Shown piece after piece: positions 26,849-37,297 of a stretch of DNA of 64,000 nucleotides. How positions within the stretch are numbered: the stretch's first letter is position 1; the number at the start of each line of letters is the position of its first letter. Origin of the DNA: Escherichia coli (lineage in GTDB: Bacteria > Pseudomonadota > Gammaproteobacteria > Enterobacterales > Enterobacteriaceae); assembly GCF_003019035.1 (NCBI RefSeq), contig NZ_CP027447.1, one strand, 5' to 3'. The position numbers and the translations under genes are program-made. The notes beneath the pieces were generated by a model. It was not told the origin of the DNA, did not search any database, and worked only from the letters and a program-made list of their open reading frames with translations.

Positions 26849-28021
26849 ATGGCTCAGGATTACCACCACGGGGTGCGCGTAGTTGAAGTCAACGAAGGCA
26901 CCCGATCCATTACCACGGTGAGCACCGCCATCGTGGGTATGGTCTGCACGGGCGATGATGCCGATGCAAAAATGTTTCCTCTTAATAAACCCGTGCTGAT
27001 CACTGATGTGCTGACTGCCAGCGGTAAAGCGGGTGAGTCCGGTACGCTGGCCCGTTCGCTGGATGCCATCGCTGACCAGGCAAAACCCGTGACCGTTGTT
27101 GTGCGTGTGCCGCAGGGTGAAACGGAAGAAGAAACCACGACCAATATCATCGGAGCAGTGACCGCTGAAGGTAAAAAAACAGGCATGAAAGCCCTGTTAT
27201 CTGCCCAGTCACAGCTCGGCGTTAAACCGCGCATTCTCGGCGTGCCAGGTCACGACACGAAGGCGGTAGCTACTGAGTTGCTGAGCGTGGCGCAAAGCCT
27301 GCGTGGGTTTGCTTACCTGTCAGCGTATGGTTGCAAGACGGTGCAGGAAGCAATCACTTACCGTGAAAACTTCAGTCAGCGTGAAGGAATGCTGATCTGG
27401 CCCGACTTTACTGGCTGGGACACGGTGCTGAATGCCGAAGCAACGGCTTATGCCACCGCCCGTGCGCTTGGTCTGCGCGCTAAAATTGACGAGCAGACCG
27501 GATGGCACAAAAGCCTGTCCAACGTGGGCGTGAACGGTGTCACCGGAATTTCTGCTGATGTGTTCTGGGATCTGCAGGACCCGGCAACCGATGCAGGTCT
27601 GCTGAACCAGAACGACGTCACCACGCTTGTGCGTAAAGACGGTTTCCGCTTCTGGGGTTCCCGCAGCCTGAGTGATGACCCGCTCTTTGCCTTCGAAAAC
27701 TACACCCGCACGGCGCAGGTGTTGATGGACACGATGGCAGAAGCACACATGTGGGCGGTGGATAAACCGCTTAACCCGTCGCTGGCCCGCGACATTATCG
27801 AAGGTATCCGCGCCAAAATGCGCAGCCTGGTCAGTCAGGGCTATCTCATTGGTGGTGATTGCTGGCTGGATGAGTCGGTGAACGACAAAGACACGCTGAA
27901 AACCGGAAAACTCACCATCGACTATGACTACACGCCAGTGCCGCCACTTGAAAATCTGATGCTGCGCCAGCGCATCACCGATCAGTACCTGGTGAATTTC
28001 GCCAGCCAGGTCAGCGCGTAA
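26849..28021 (+). CDS. tail sheath protein (P2 gpFI homolog)
   Basis: 390-aa ORF followed by the tail tube gene. Confidence 0.9.
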   Translation: MAQDYHHGVRVVEVNEGTRSITTVSTAIVGMVCTGDDADAKMFPLNKPVLITDVLTASGKAGESGTLARSLDAIADQAKPVTVVVRVPQGETEEETTTNIIGAVTAEGKKTGMKALLSAQSQLGVKPRILGVPGHDTKAVATELLSVAQSLRGFAYLSAYGCKTVQEAITYRENFSQREGMLIWPDFTGWDTVLNAEATAYATARALGLRAKIDEQTGWHKSLSNVGVNGVTGISADVFWDLQDPATDAGLLNQNDVTTLVRKDGFRFWGSRSLSDDPLFAFENYTRTAQVLMDTMAEAHMWAVDKPLNPSLARDIIEGIRAKMRSLVSQGYLIGGDCWLDESVNDKDTLKTGKLTIDYDYTPVPPLENLMLRQRITDQYLVNFASQVSA

Positions 28022-28030
28022 GGGGACAAC

Positions 28031-28546
28031 ATGGCTTTACCACGCAAATTAAAACATCTGAACTTGTTTAACGACGGGAACAACTGGCAGGGGATCGTTG
28101 AGTCGCTGACGCTGCCGAAATTCACCCGCAAATATGAGAAGTATCGCGGCGGCGGTATGCCGGGGGCGGTGGATGTGGATCTGGGACTGGATGACAGTGC
28201 ACTGGATACAGAATTTTCCATTGGTGGTACTGAACTGCTGCTGTTTAAGCAGATGGGCAAATCCACGGTGGATGGCATCCAGCTGCGCTTTACCGGCTCT
28301 ATCCAGCGTGACGATACCGGGGAAGTGCAGGCCGTGGAGCTTGTCGTGCGTGGACGTCACAAAGAAGTGGATTCCGGCGAGTGGAAGACGGGCGAAAGCA
28401 ACACCACCAAAGTGACCAATACCAACAGCTACGCGAAGCTGACCATCAATGGTGAGGTGCTCTATGAAGTGGACCTTATCAACATGGTGGAAATTGTGGA
28501 CGGTGTGGACCTGATGGAAGCGCACCGCAACGCCCTCGGCCTCTGA
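28031..28546 (+). CDS. tail tube protein (P2 gpFII homolog)
   Basis: 171-aa ORF after the sheath gene. Confidence 0.9.
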   Translation: MALPRKLKHLNLFNDGNNWQGIVESLTLPKFTRKYEKYRGGGMPGAVDVDLGLDDSALDTEFSIGGTELLLFKQMGKSTVDGIQLRFTGSIQRDDTGEVQAVELVVRGRHKEVDSGEWKTGESNTTKVTNTNSYAKLTINGEVLYEVDLINMVEIVDGVDLMEAHRNALGL

Positions 28547-28600
28547 TGTATCTGAACGGCGCGGAATACCGCGCCAGAACCCAATTGACAGGACAGCAAA

Positions 28601-28903
28601 ATGAGCGATAAGCAGACTGAAAAGACCATTCAACTGGATACCCCCATCAAGCGCGGTAAAACAGAAATCACCGAAATTGTGCTGCGTAAACCGCAGTCCG
28701 GTGCGCTGCGCGGTACACGCCTGCAGGCCATTATGGATATGGATGTAAACGCGATGATGACCGTGATCCCCCGCATCTCCAGTCCGGCACTGACTGCACA
28801 GGAAATTGCAGAGATGGACCCGGCAGATCTCACTGCCATGTCGGTTGAGGTTGTCACTTTTTTGTTGAAGAAGTCGGTGCTTGCCGTTTTACCGACAGCC
28901 TGA
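28601..28903 (+). CDS. tail assembly chaperone (P2 gpE homolog)
   Basis: 100-aa ORF upstream of the tape measure gene; contains a T6G slippery site near its 3' end. Confidence 0.8.
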   Translation: MSDKQTEKTIQLDTPIKRGKTEITEIVLRKPQSGALRGTRLQAIMDMDVNAMMTVIPRISSPALTAQEIAEMDPADLTAMSVEVVTFLLKKSVLAVLPTA

Positions 28904-29037
28904 CGGTTGACGATCTGGTGGCAGATATCGCCACCATTTTTCACTGGCCGCCATCCGTTACTGACGTTATGCCGCTGACCGAAGTGCTGGAATGGCGGTA
29001 TAAAGCGATTCAGAGAAGCGGGGCCAACGATGAGTGA
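28601..29037 (+). CDS. tail assembly chaperone frameshift product (gpE+E' equivalent, -1 frameshift at 28858-28864)
   Basis: Slippery TTTTTTG at 28858-28864; the -1 frame continues open (FFVEEVGACRFTDSLTVDDLVADIATIFHWPP...RSGANDE) to TGA at 29035-29037, overlapping the T start. Confidence 0.65.
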
Positions 29038-32000
29038 TAACAACCTGCGTCTGCAGGTCATTCTTAATGCGGTTGACAAGCTCACCCGCCCATTTCGATC
29101 TGCGCAGGCCAGTTCAAGAGAACTGGCTGCTGCTGTCAAAAAATCCCGCGATGCAATAAAGCAGCTTGATCAGGCCGGGAGCAGTCTGGACAGCTTCCGA
29201 AAGCTGCAGGCAGAAAATCAGAAATTAGGCGACAGGCTGAACTATGCCCGCCAGCGTGCAAATTTGCTCAGTCAGGAACTGGGAGCGATGGGGCCGCCTT
29301 CGCAACGTCAGGTTGTTGCTCTGGGCCGTCAACGGCTGGCTGTTCAGCGCCTGGAAGAACGCCAGAAAAAGCTGCAGCAGCAGACGGCGCTTGTGCGTGC
29401 TGAACTGTACCGGGCGGGAATTTCTGCGAAAGACGATGCGGGAGCAACTGCCCGTTTAGCCCGTGAAACATCACGTTATAACCAGGAACTTTCGAAACAG
29501 GAGGCGCGGCTGAAGCGACTGGGGGAAGCTCAGCGCAGGATGAATGCAGCGCGTGCCAGTTATGCCCGTTCGCTGGAGGTGCGTGATCGTATTGCAGGTG
29601 CCGGAGCCACCACCACGGCTGCAGGGCTGGCAATGGGTGCGCCAGTGATGGCGGCAGTAAAAAGCTATACCAGCATGGAAGATGCCATGAAAGGTGTGGC
29701 AAAGCAGGTCAATGGTCTGCGTGACGATAATGGCAACCGCACTGCACGTTTTTATGAAATGCAGGATGCCATCAAGGCTGCCAGCGAACAGTTGCCGATG
29801 GAAAACGGTGCGGTGGACTTCGCTGCACTGGTTGAAGGTGGTGCGCGCATGAACGTCGCAAACCCTGACGACAGCTGGGAAGATCAGAAACGTGACCTGC
29901 TGGCCTTCGCCAGTACGGCAGCAAAGGCGGCAACAGCCTTTGAGCTGCCAGCGGATGAACTGTCAGAAAGTCTGGGGAAAATCGCCCAGCTCTACAAAAT
30001 CCCCACCCGCAATATTGAACAGCTCGGTGATGCGCTGAACTATCTGGATGATAACGCCATGTCGAAAGGGGCAGACATCATTGATGTGATGCAACGTCTG
30101 GGCGGTGTGGCTGACCGTCTGGATTATCGTAAAGCGGCGGCGCTGGGTTCCACCTTCCTGACACTGGGCGCTGCGCCAGAGGTTGCAGCCAGTGCAGCAA
30201 ACGCGATGGTGCGTGAATTGTCCATTGCCACCATGCAAAGCAAGAGTTTCTTTGAAGGGATGAATCTGCTGAAACTCAATCCTGAAGTGATTGAAAAGCA
30301 GATGACGAAGGATGCGATGGGAACCATCCAGCGCGTGCTGGAGAAGGTAAACGCGCTGCCGCAGGACAAGCGCCTGTCTGCCATGACTATGTTGTTTGGT
30401 AAAGAGTTTGGCGATGACGCGGCGAAACTGGCAAACAACCTGCCGGAACTGCAGCGTCAGTTAAAACTGACAGCGGGCAATGATGCGCTTGGCTCCATGC
30501 AGAAAGAATCCGACATTAACAAGGATTCACTTTCTGCGCAGTGGTTGCTGGTCAAAACCGGAGCGCAGAACACCTTCAGCAGCCTGGGCGAAACGCTGCG
30601 CCAGCCGCTGATGGATATTCTGTACACGGTGAAAAGCGTCACGGGGGCGTTGCGTCGCTGGGTGGAAGCTAACCCGGAACTGACAGGCACACTGATGAAA
30701 GCATCGGCTGTTGTGGCTGCGGTTACCGTCGGCCTCGGCACCTTAGCGGTGGCGCTGGCTGCAGTGCTGGGGCCGCTGGCAGTGATCCGTCTGGGATTCT
30801 CTGTGTTGGGTATCAAAACGTTATCTTCCGTTACGGCAGCAGTAACCCGAACCAGCAGCGCGTTGTCCTGGCTGGCTGGCGCACCACTGGCACTGCTGCG
30901 ACGCGGGCTTGCTTCATCGGGCAACGCCGCAGGTTTACTTACTGCGCCGTTGTCGTCTTTGCGCCGCACGGCATCACTGACGGGAAATGTCCTGAAAACT
31001 GTAGCAGGTGCGCCGGTTGCATTTTTGCGGTCTGGATTATCCGGTTTACGTGCTGTTGCTGTGATGTTTATGAATCCTCTGGCGGTACTGCGCGGTGGAC
31101 TGGCCGCCGCAGGCACGGTGCTGCGAGTACTGGCATCTGGTCCACTGGCGATGCTGCGCGTTGCCCTGTATGTCATATCTGGTCTGTTAGGTGCTCTGCT
31201 CAGTCCGATAGGTCTTGTGGTTACTGCACTGGCGGGCGTGGCGCTGGTTGTCTGGAAATACTGGCAACCCATCACCGCATTTCTCGGTGGCGTGGTGGAA
31301 GGATTCAAAGCGGCGGCAGGTCCCATCAGTGCAGCGTTCGAACCGCTTAAGCCCGTGTTCCAGTGGATTGGCGACAAAGTGCAGGCGCTGTGGGGCTGGT
31401 TTACTGATCTGCTGACGCCCGTTAAGTCGACCTCTGCCGAACTGCAGAGCGCAGCGGCAATGGGGCGGCGATTCGGGGAGGCACTGGCGGAAGGGCTGAA
31501 TATGGTCATGCATCCGCTGGACTCCCTGAAATCCGGCGTTTCCTGGTTGCTGGAGAAGCTCGGCATTGTCAGTAAAGAGGCCGCAAAGGCAAAACTGCCG
31601 GAAAGCGTGACGCGTCAGCAACCTGCGACGGTGAATGCAGACGGTAAAGTGATGATGCCATCGGGTGGTTTTCCATCATGGGGATATGGCTTTGCGGGGA
31701 TGTATGACAGCGGCGGGTATATCCCGCGCGGGCAGTTTGGCATCGTCGGTGAAAACGGGCCGGAAATTGTTAACGGCCCGGCAAATGTGACCAGCCGGAG
31801 AAATACAGCTGCACTGGCTGCCGTTGTTGCCGGAATGATGGGCGTTGCTGCCGCGCCAGCAGAGCTTCCACCGTTGCACCCCTTGGCACTTCCCGCGAAA
31901 GGTGGAGAAGCAATTGTGAGTCGCGCAGCCACTGTGCCGCTCGTTCAACGGATTGAGGCACCGACGCAGATCATCATTCAGACGCAGCCAGGACAAAGTG

Positions 32001-32107
32001 CGCAGGATATTGCGCGGGAGGTGGCACGCCAGCTTGATGAACGTGAACGCAGGCTGAAGGCAAAAGCCAGGAGTAACTACAGCGATCAGGGGGGATACGA
32101 CGCATGA
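29030..32107 (+). CDS. tail tape measure protein (P2 gpT homolog)
   Basis: 1025-aa ORF, coiled-coil N-terminal region and Ala/Gly-rich repeats; position after E/E'. Confidence 0.9.
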   Translation: MSDNNLRLQVILNAVDKLTRPFRSAQASSRELAAAVKKSRDAIKQLDQAGSSLDSFRKLQAENQKLGDRLNYARQRANLLSQELGAMGPPSQRQVVALGRQRLAVQRLEERQKKLQQQTALVRAELYRAGISAKDDAGATARLARETSRYNQELSKQEARLKRLGEAQRRMNAARASYARSLEVRDRIAGAGATTTAAGLAMGAPVMAAVKSYTSMEDAMKGVAKQVNGLRDDNGNRTARFYEMQDAIKAASEQLPMENGAVDFAALVEGGARMNVANPDDSWEDQKRDLLAFASTAAKAATAFELPADELSESLGKIAQLYKIPTRNIEQLGDALNYLDDNAMSKGADIIDVMQRLGGVADRLDYRKAAALGSTFLTLGAAPEVAASAANAMVRELSIATMQSKSFFEGMNLLKLNPEVIEKQMTKDAMGTIQRVLEKVNALPQDKRLSAMTMLFGKEFGDDAAKLANNLPELQRQLKLTAGNDALGSMQKESDINKDSLSAQWLLVKTGAQNTFSSLGETLRQPLMDILYTVKSVTGALRRWVEANPELTGTLMKASAVVAAVTVGLGTLAVALAAVLGPLAVIRLGFSVLGIKTLSSVTAAVTRTSSALSWLAGAPLALLRRGLASSGNAAGLLTAPLSSLRRTASLTGNVLKTVAGAPVAFLRSGLSGLRAVAVMFMNPLAVLRGGLAAAGTVLRVLASGPLAMLRVALYVISGLLGALLSPIGLVVTALAGVALVVWKYWQPITAFLGGVVEGFKAAAGPISAAFEPLKPVFQWIGDKVQALWGWFTDLLTPVKSTSAELQSAAAMGRRFGEALAEGLNMVMHPLDSLKSGVSWLLEKLGIVSKEAAKAKLPESVTRQQPATVNADGKVMMPSGGFPSWGYGFAGMYDSGGYIPRGQFGIVGENGPEIVNGPANVTSRRNTAALAAVVAGMMGVAAAPAELPPLHPLALPAKGGEAIVSRAATVPLVQRIEAPTQIIIQTQPGQSAQDIAREVARQLDERERRLKAKARSNYSDQGGYDA

Positions 32108-32589
32108 TGATGGTGCTGGGATTGTACGTGTTTATGCTGCGCACCGTTCCGTATCAGGAACTGCAGTATCAACGCAGCTGGCGACATGCGGCAAACAGTC
32201 GGGTAAACCGACGTCCGTCCACGCAGTTTCTGGGACCGGAAAACGACATGCTGACGCTTTCCGGTGTTCTTATGCCGGAAATAACAGGCGGCAGGCTGTC
32301 GTTGCTGGCACTGGAGCAGATGGCAGAACAGGGGAAAGCATGGCCCCTGATTGAAGGCAGCGGCACGATTTACGGCATGTATGTGATTGAGGGACTGAAT
32401 CAGACTAAAACGGAGTTTTTCCGCGACGGTATGCCGCGCCGGATTGAGTTCACCCTGTCGCTCAAACGAGTGGATGAATCCCTGTCCGATATGTTCGGTG
32501 ATCTCAGTGCGCAACTGAATAATCTGCAGGACACGGCAACGTCTGCCTTAAGCGATATCAGTAAAACGGTGGGAGGGCTGCTGTCGTGA
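32104..32589 (+). CDS. tail protein (P2 gpU homolog)
   Basis: 161 aa; ATGA overlap with T stop. Confidence 0.85.
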   Translation: MMMVLGLYVFMLRTVPYQELQYQRSWRHAANSRVNRRPSTQFLGPENDMLTLSGVLMPEITGGRLSLLALEQMAEQGKAWPLIEGSGTIYGMYVIEGLNQTKTEFFRDGMPRRIEFTLSLKRVDESLSDMFGDLSAQLNNLQDTATSALSDISKTVGGLLS

Positions 32590-33686
32590 ATTTCAGCTCT
32601 GAACTGCTTAACAAAGGCAACAAAACTCCCGCATTCAGCATCAGTATTGAGGGCAGGGATATCACCACTGTGCTGGATAACCGCCTGATGAGTTTGACGC
32701 TGACGGATAACCGGGGCTTTGAAGCGGACCAGCTTGATCTGGAGCTGGATGACGCTGACGGAAAAATCGTGCTGCCGCGCCGTGGTGCGGTTATTACGCT
32801 GGCGCTGGGCTGGAAGGGGCAGCCGCTTTTCCCGAAAGGGGCATTCACAGTGGACGAGATTGAACACACTGGCGCACCGGACCGCCTGACTATCCGGGCG
32901 CGAAGTGCTGATTTTCGGGAAACGCTGAATACCCGCCGTGAAAAATCGTGGCATAAGACCACCGTCGGGGAAGTGGTGAAGGAAATAGCCGCGCGGCACA
33001 AGCTGAAGATGGCACTGGGTAAAGACCTGTCGGATAAGCCCGTGGAGCATATAGACCAGACTAATGAGAGTGACGGCAGTTTTCTGATGCGGCTGGCGCG
33101 ACAGTACGGTGCCATCGCGTCGGTGAAAAATGGCAATCTGTTATTCATCCGGCAGGGGCAGGGCAAAAGCGCCACTGGTAAACCTCTGCCAGTGATCACT
33201 ATCACACGCAAGGACGGCGACAGTCACCGATTTACCCTGGCAGATCGCGGAGCCTACACGGGCGTAATTGCCAGCTGGTTGCATACCCGCGAACCTGCGA
33301 AGAAAGAAAGCACCACGGTGAAGCGTAAGCGCAGAACTAAGAAGCAGAAGAAAGAGCCGGAAGCGAAGCAGGGCGATTACCTGGTGGGTACGGATGAAAA
33401 CGTGCTGGTACTTAATCGCACTTATGCCAACCGGAGCAACGCTGAACGGGCAGCGAAAATGCAGTGGGAACGCCTGCAACGCGGCGTTGCGTCATTCTCG
33501 CTACAACTGGCGGAAGGTCGGGCAGATCTCTACACGGAAATGCCTGTGAAGGTCAGCGGCTTTAAACAGCCGATAGATGATGCGGAATGGACCATTACGA
33601 CTCTGACACATACCGTCAGCCCGGATAACGGTTTTACGACCAGTCTGGAGCTTGAAGTGAGGATTGATGATTTCGAAATGGAATGA
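32586..33686 (+). CDS. late control/tail protein D (P2 gpD homolog)
   Basis: 366 aa; last structural gene before ogr. Confidence 0.85.
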   Translation: MNFSSELLNKGNKTPAFSISIEGRDITTVLDNRLMSLTLTDNRGFEADQLDLELDDADGKIVLPRRGAVITLALGWKGQPLFPKGAFTVDEIEHTGAPDRLTIRARSADFRETLNTRREKSWHKTTVGEVVKEIAARHKLKMALGKDLSDKPVEHIDQTNESDGSFLMRLARQYGAIASVKNGNLLFIRQGQGKSATGKPLPVITITRKDGDSHRFTLADRGAYTGVIASWLHTREPAKKESTTVKRKRRTKKQKKEPEAKQGDYLVGTDENVLVLNRTYANRSNAERAAKMQWERLQRGVASFSLQLAEGRADLYTEMPVKVSGFKQPIDDAEWTITTLTHTVSPDNGFTTSLELEVRIDDFEME

Positions 33687-33776
33687 TTCTTCGCAATGGA
33701 GAACTTTTAAGTTTGCAAAATGGAATAATGCGGTATCATTATTGTGAATTTAGCAAAAATGGGGAGAACTCGAAAA

Positions 33777-33995
33777 ATGATGATTTGCCCACTGTGTGGA
33801 AGTGCCGCCCATACTCGCAGCAGTTTTCAGGTATCTTCATTGACCAAAGAGCGTTACAACCAGTGCCAGAACATTAACTGCAGCCATACTTTTGTTACCC
33901 ATGAAACTTTTGTTCGTTCGATTGCAACGCCAAAAGAGTCAAATCCGGTTCAGCCGCATCCAATGAAATCAGGACAGGTGGCGCTCTCTCTTTGA
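33777..33995 (+). CDS. ogr: Ogr/Delta-family zinc-finger late transcription activator
   Basis: MMICPLCGSAAHTRSS...CQNINCSHTF matches the Ogr C-x2-C...C-x4-C zinc finger; last phage gene before the host junction. Confidence 0.85.
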   Translation: MMICPLCGSAAHTRSSFQVSSLTKERYNQCQNINCSHTFVTHETFVRSIATPKESNPVQPHPMKSGQVALSL

Positions 33996-34230
33996 CGCTG
34001 CCGCCATTATGTCGCCATCGTTAAAAAACAGTGCTTCTAATATCATGATTTTAAAAGGCATAAATTTTAGGCAACAAAAAACCCACCAACCTTGAACCGA
34101 AATGGCGGGGTTGATGGGCTCCACAAAATGGGGACATCAAAGAAAAGCAGTGGCACTAATTAAGACTGATGCCCTGCGGAAAAGTTCTGCGGTTGTGCAA
34201 AAAAATTTCATTTTCAGGGCAACTTCAGTT

Positions 34231-35916
34231 TTATCCTAATCCTGGCCATACCATGACGATGATTGTCCCTGCCAGCGTCAGCAGGACGTTGGCGATTGCA
34301 TAGGTGCCCGCATAGCCCAGCGCCGGGATGTTACTGCGAGCTGTATCACTGATGATCTCCATTGCCGGCGCGCAGGTGCGTGCGCCCATCATTGCGCCGA
34401 ACAACAGTGCGCGGTTCATTCGCAATACATAAGCACCGAACAAGAAGCAGATAACCACTGGCACCAGACTGACAATCAATCCGGCAATCAACATTTGACC
34501 GCCAATCGCGCCCAGGCCGTTATTAATACCGCTACCGGCGCTCAGACCAACGCCTGCCATAAACACCATCAAGCCGAACTCTTTCACCATGCTTAATGCA
34601 CCTTGCGGAATGTAACCGAAGGTCGGGTGGTTAGCACGCATAAAGCCCAGCATAATTCCGGCGAATAACAACCCGGCAGCGTTCCCCATGCCGAAACTGA
34701 ATGTGCTGAACTGGAAGGTGATCATCCCGATCATCAGCCCAATAACAAAGAAGGCGCAGAATGCCAGCAAGTCAGTGACCTGGCTGTGAATCGAGATAAA
34801 GCCGATGCGATCGGCGATGGTTTTTACCCGGCGGGCATCGCCGCTGACTTGTAAAACGTCACCTTTGTTAAGCACGACGTTGTCATCAATCGGCATCTCA
34901 ATCTGGCTACGTATGACGCGGTTAAGGAAGCAACCGTGATCGGTCAACTTCAGTTGTGCCAGGCGTTTGCCAACAGCGTTATGGTTTTTAACGACCACTT
35001 CTTCAGTGACGATTCGCATGTCGAGAAGGTCACGATCGAAAACTTCTTTGCCATTACGGAAACTGGGATCGAGTCGGGCGTGGGCGTCGGGATAGCCTAC
35101 CAACGCTATTTCATCGCCCATTTGTAGTACGGCATCACCGTCTGGATTTGCCAGAATCCCGTTACGCCGAATACGTTCAATGTAACAGCCAGTTTGTCGA
35201 TAAATACCCAGTTCACGCAGATTTTTGCCGTCGGTCCAGGCCACCAGCTCCGGGCCGACGCGGTAGGCGCGGATCACCGGCAAATAAACCTTACGGTTGG
35301 CATCTGTGTCCAGGCCACGTTCGCGGGCGATTTGCTGGGCGCTGGTCTGTAAGTCCTGATGCTGCAATTTCGGCAAGTAACGCGCACCAACAATCAAACT
35401 CACCAGACCGATTAAATAGGTTAAGGCATACCCGAGGCTCAGATTATCCAGTGCCAGTGAGAGCTGCCTGCTTTCCATGCCGGAATGACGCAGTGTATCG
35501 CCAGCACCGACCAAAACCGGTGTTGACGTCATAGAGCCTGCTAACATACCGGCCGTCAGGCCAATATCCCAGCCAAACAGCTTACCTAACCCTAAGGCGA
35601 TGACCAGCGCACTGCCAACCATCACCAGTGCTAACATTAGGTAATTTTTCCCATCGCGAAAAAAAATGGAAAAAAAGTTCGGTCCGGCTTCGACCCCGAC
35701 GCAGAAAATAAACAGCATAAAGCCAAGATTAAGCGCGTCGGTGTTAATGCTGAAATGTTGTTGGCCTAATAACAGCGATACGACTAAAACGCCAATGGAA
35801 TTACCCAGTTGGATCGAACCAAGTCGTAATTTCCCGAGACATAGCCCAAGCGCGAGGACCACAAATAATAACAGAATGTAATTCCCATTTAACAATTCGG
35901 CGACGTTTATATTCAC
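34231..35916 (-). CDS. ybjL: putative transporter YbjL (AAE antiporter family)
   Basis: 561-aa membrane protein with two TrkA-C-like soluble domains; position and length as in E. coli K-12. Confidence 0.85.
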
Positions 35917-36185
35917 GGAGGCTAACTTCTTGTTTACTAGTAAGCTGTTGAAAGAAATGGTAATTTACGATAATGTTTTTTACCAGAATTCAGGGCGCAG
36001 ATTCATTCAGCGCACCTAAACGATAGTAAAGTAACAATATATTTTACTAGTGTAATCACATTAGGTATCAACGGCTATATGAATTGCGTTGGCCTATATT
36101 AGCATGGAATGCGAAGCGGCTTTATCTTACTGAACGCCACACTGGCGAAAAATGTGTTCGATAGACGCAGTGTCAGGAGGAACGA

Positions 36186-36563
36186 GTGAAACATAAACAA
36201 CGTTGGGCGGGGGCAATCTGCTGTTTTGTCCTCTTCATTGTGGTGTGCCTTTTTCTGGCGACGCACATGAAAGGCGCTTTTCGGGCTGCCGGGCATCCTG
36301 AAATCGGCTTGCTGTTTTTCATTCTTCCTGGAGCAGTTGCCAGCTTCTTTTCACAGCGTAGAGAAGTCCTGAAACCTCTGTTTGGCGCAATGCTGGCGGC
36401 ACCCTGTTCAATGCTTATTATGCGGCTGTTTTTTTCACCGACGCGCTCATTCTGGCAAGAGCTGGCATGGTTATTAAGTGCGGTGTTCTGGTGTGCGCTG
36501 GGGGCACTGTGTTTCTTATTTATCAGTAGTTTGTTTAAACCACAGCACAGAAAAAATCAATAA
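36186..36563 (+). CDS. ybjM: inner membrane protein YbjM
   Basis: 125-aa hydrophobic protein; K-12 position between ybjL and grxA. Confidence 0.8.
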   Translation: MKHKQRWAGAICCFVLFIVVCLFLATHMKGAFRAAGHPEIGLLFFILPGAVASFFSQRREVLKPLFGAMLAAPCSMLIMRLFFSPTRSFWQELAWLLSAVFWCALGALCFLFISSLFKPQHRKNQ

Positions 36564-36582
36564 AGCCCTCAACGCGAGGGCT
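36564..36582. terminator. bidirectional terminator between ybjM and grxA
   Basis: GCCCTC-AACGC-GAGGGC hairpin with flanking A/T runs between convergent genes. Confidence 0.5.
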
Positions 36583-36592
36583 TGTCAGACGA

Positions 36593-36850
36593 TCAGGCGT
36601 CCAGATTCTCTTTCACCCATGCAGCAAAATCGGTATAGCCGCCGATATGTTGCTGATCGACAAAAATCTGCGGCACGGTTTCTACGGGTTTACCTGCCTT
36701 TTGTTGTAGATCTTCTTTAGTGATCCCTTCCGCACGAATATCTACATACTGATACTGAAAATCATCGCGTTCATTGCTCAATTTCTCAGCCAGATCTTTT
36801 GCACGCACACAGTAAGGGCAACCCGGACGACCAAAAATAACGGTTTGCAT
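36593..36850 (-). CDS. grxA: glutaredoxin 1
   Basis: 85 aa from MQTVIFGRPGCPYC; CPYC active site. Confidence 0.9.
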   Translation of the reverse strand: MQTVIFGRPGCPYCVRAKDLAEKLSNERDDFQYQYVDIRAEGITKEDLQQKAGKPVETVPQIFVDQQHIGGYTDFAAWVKENLDA

Positions 36851-37009
36851 TATTTCTCTCCTCATAGATTTATGCCTGTAATGATCACGCTAAAATGTAT
36901 TCGCTGAAAGTAGGTTTAACCTGTTGCATTAATTGCTAAAAGCTATAACTGTTAAACACAATACAGTGAAAAGTTTTAGACTGAAGGCTCACTTTGCAGA
37001 GGGAAGCGT

Positions 37010-37297
37010 ATGCGCGCGATCGGTAAATTGCCTAAAAGCGTGTTGATACTGGAATTTATCGGAATGATGTTGCTGGCGGTGGCGCTGCTGTCGGTAAGCG
37101 ACTCCCTGTCGCTACCTGAGCCATTTTCTCGGCCAGAAGTGCAGATTCTGATGATTTTTCTCGGTGTTTTGCTCATGCTTCCCGCTGCGGTGGTGGTTAT
37201 TCTTCAGGTGGCAAAACGTCTTGCCCCACAGCTGATGAACCATCCACCGCAATATTCACGTTCAGAAAGAGAAAAAGATAATGACGCCAACCATTGA
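37010..37297 (+). CDS. ybjC: membrane protein YbjC
   Basis: 95-aa hydrophobic ORF immediately upstream of and overlapping nfsA, as in K-12. Confidence 0.8.
   Translation: MRAIGKLPKSVLILEFIGMMLLAVALLSVSDSLSLPEPFSRPEVQILMIFLGVLLMLPAAVVVILQVAKRLAPQLMNHPPQYSRSEREKDNDANH

Larger units (their letters stand above)
1..34120. mobile_element. P2/186-family prophage (partial: left end with int/attL beyond window; right junction somewhere in 33996-34230)
   Basis: Canonical P2 gene order cI-(early genes)-dam-A-...-Q-P-O-N-M-L-X-lysis-R-S-V-W-J-I-H-G-FI-FII-E-T-U-D-ogr, followed directly by host gene ybjL. Confidence 0.9.

Noticed and set aside
30457-31566. 369-aa minus-strand ORF (and neighbours 29268-29702, 31187-31621, 31615-31996) inside the tape measure gene
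   Set aside because: Antisense shadow ORFs in GC-rich coding sequence; low-complexity Ala/Pro/Ser/Arg-rich translations; fully contained in a well-supported gene.
32400-33211. Two ~216-aa minus-strand ORFs overlapping U and D
   Set aside because: Antisense to conserved tail genes; no start-site support.
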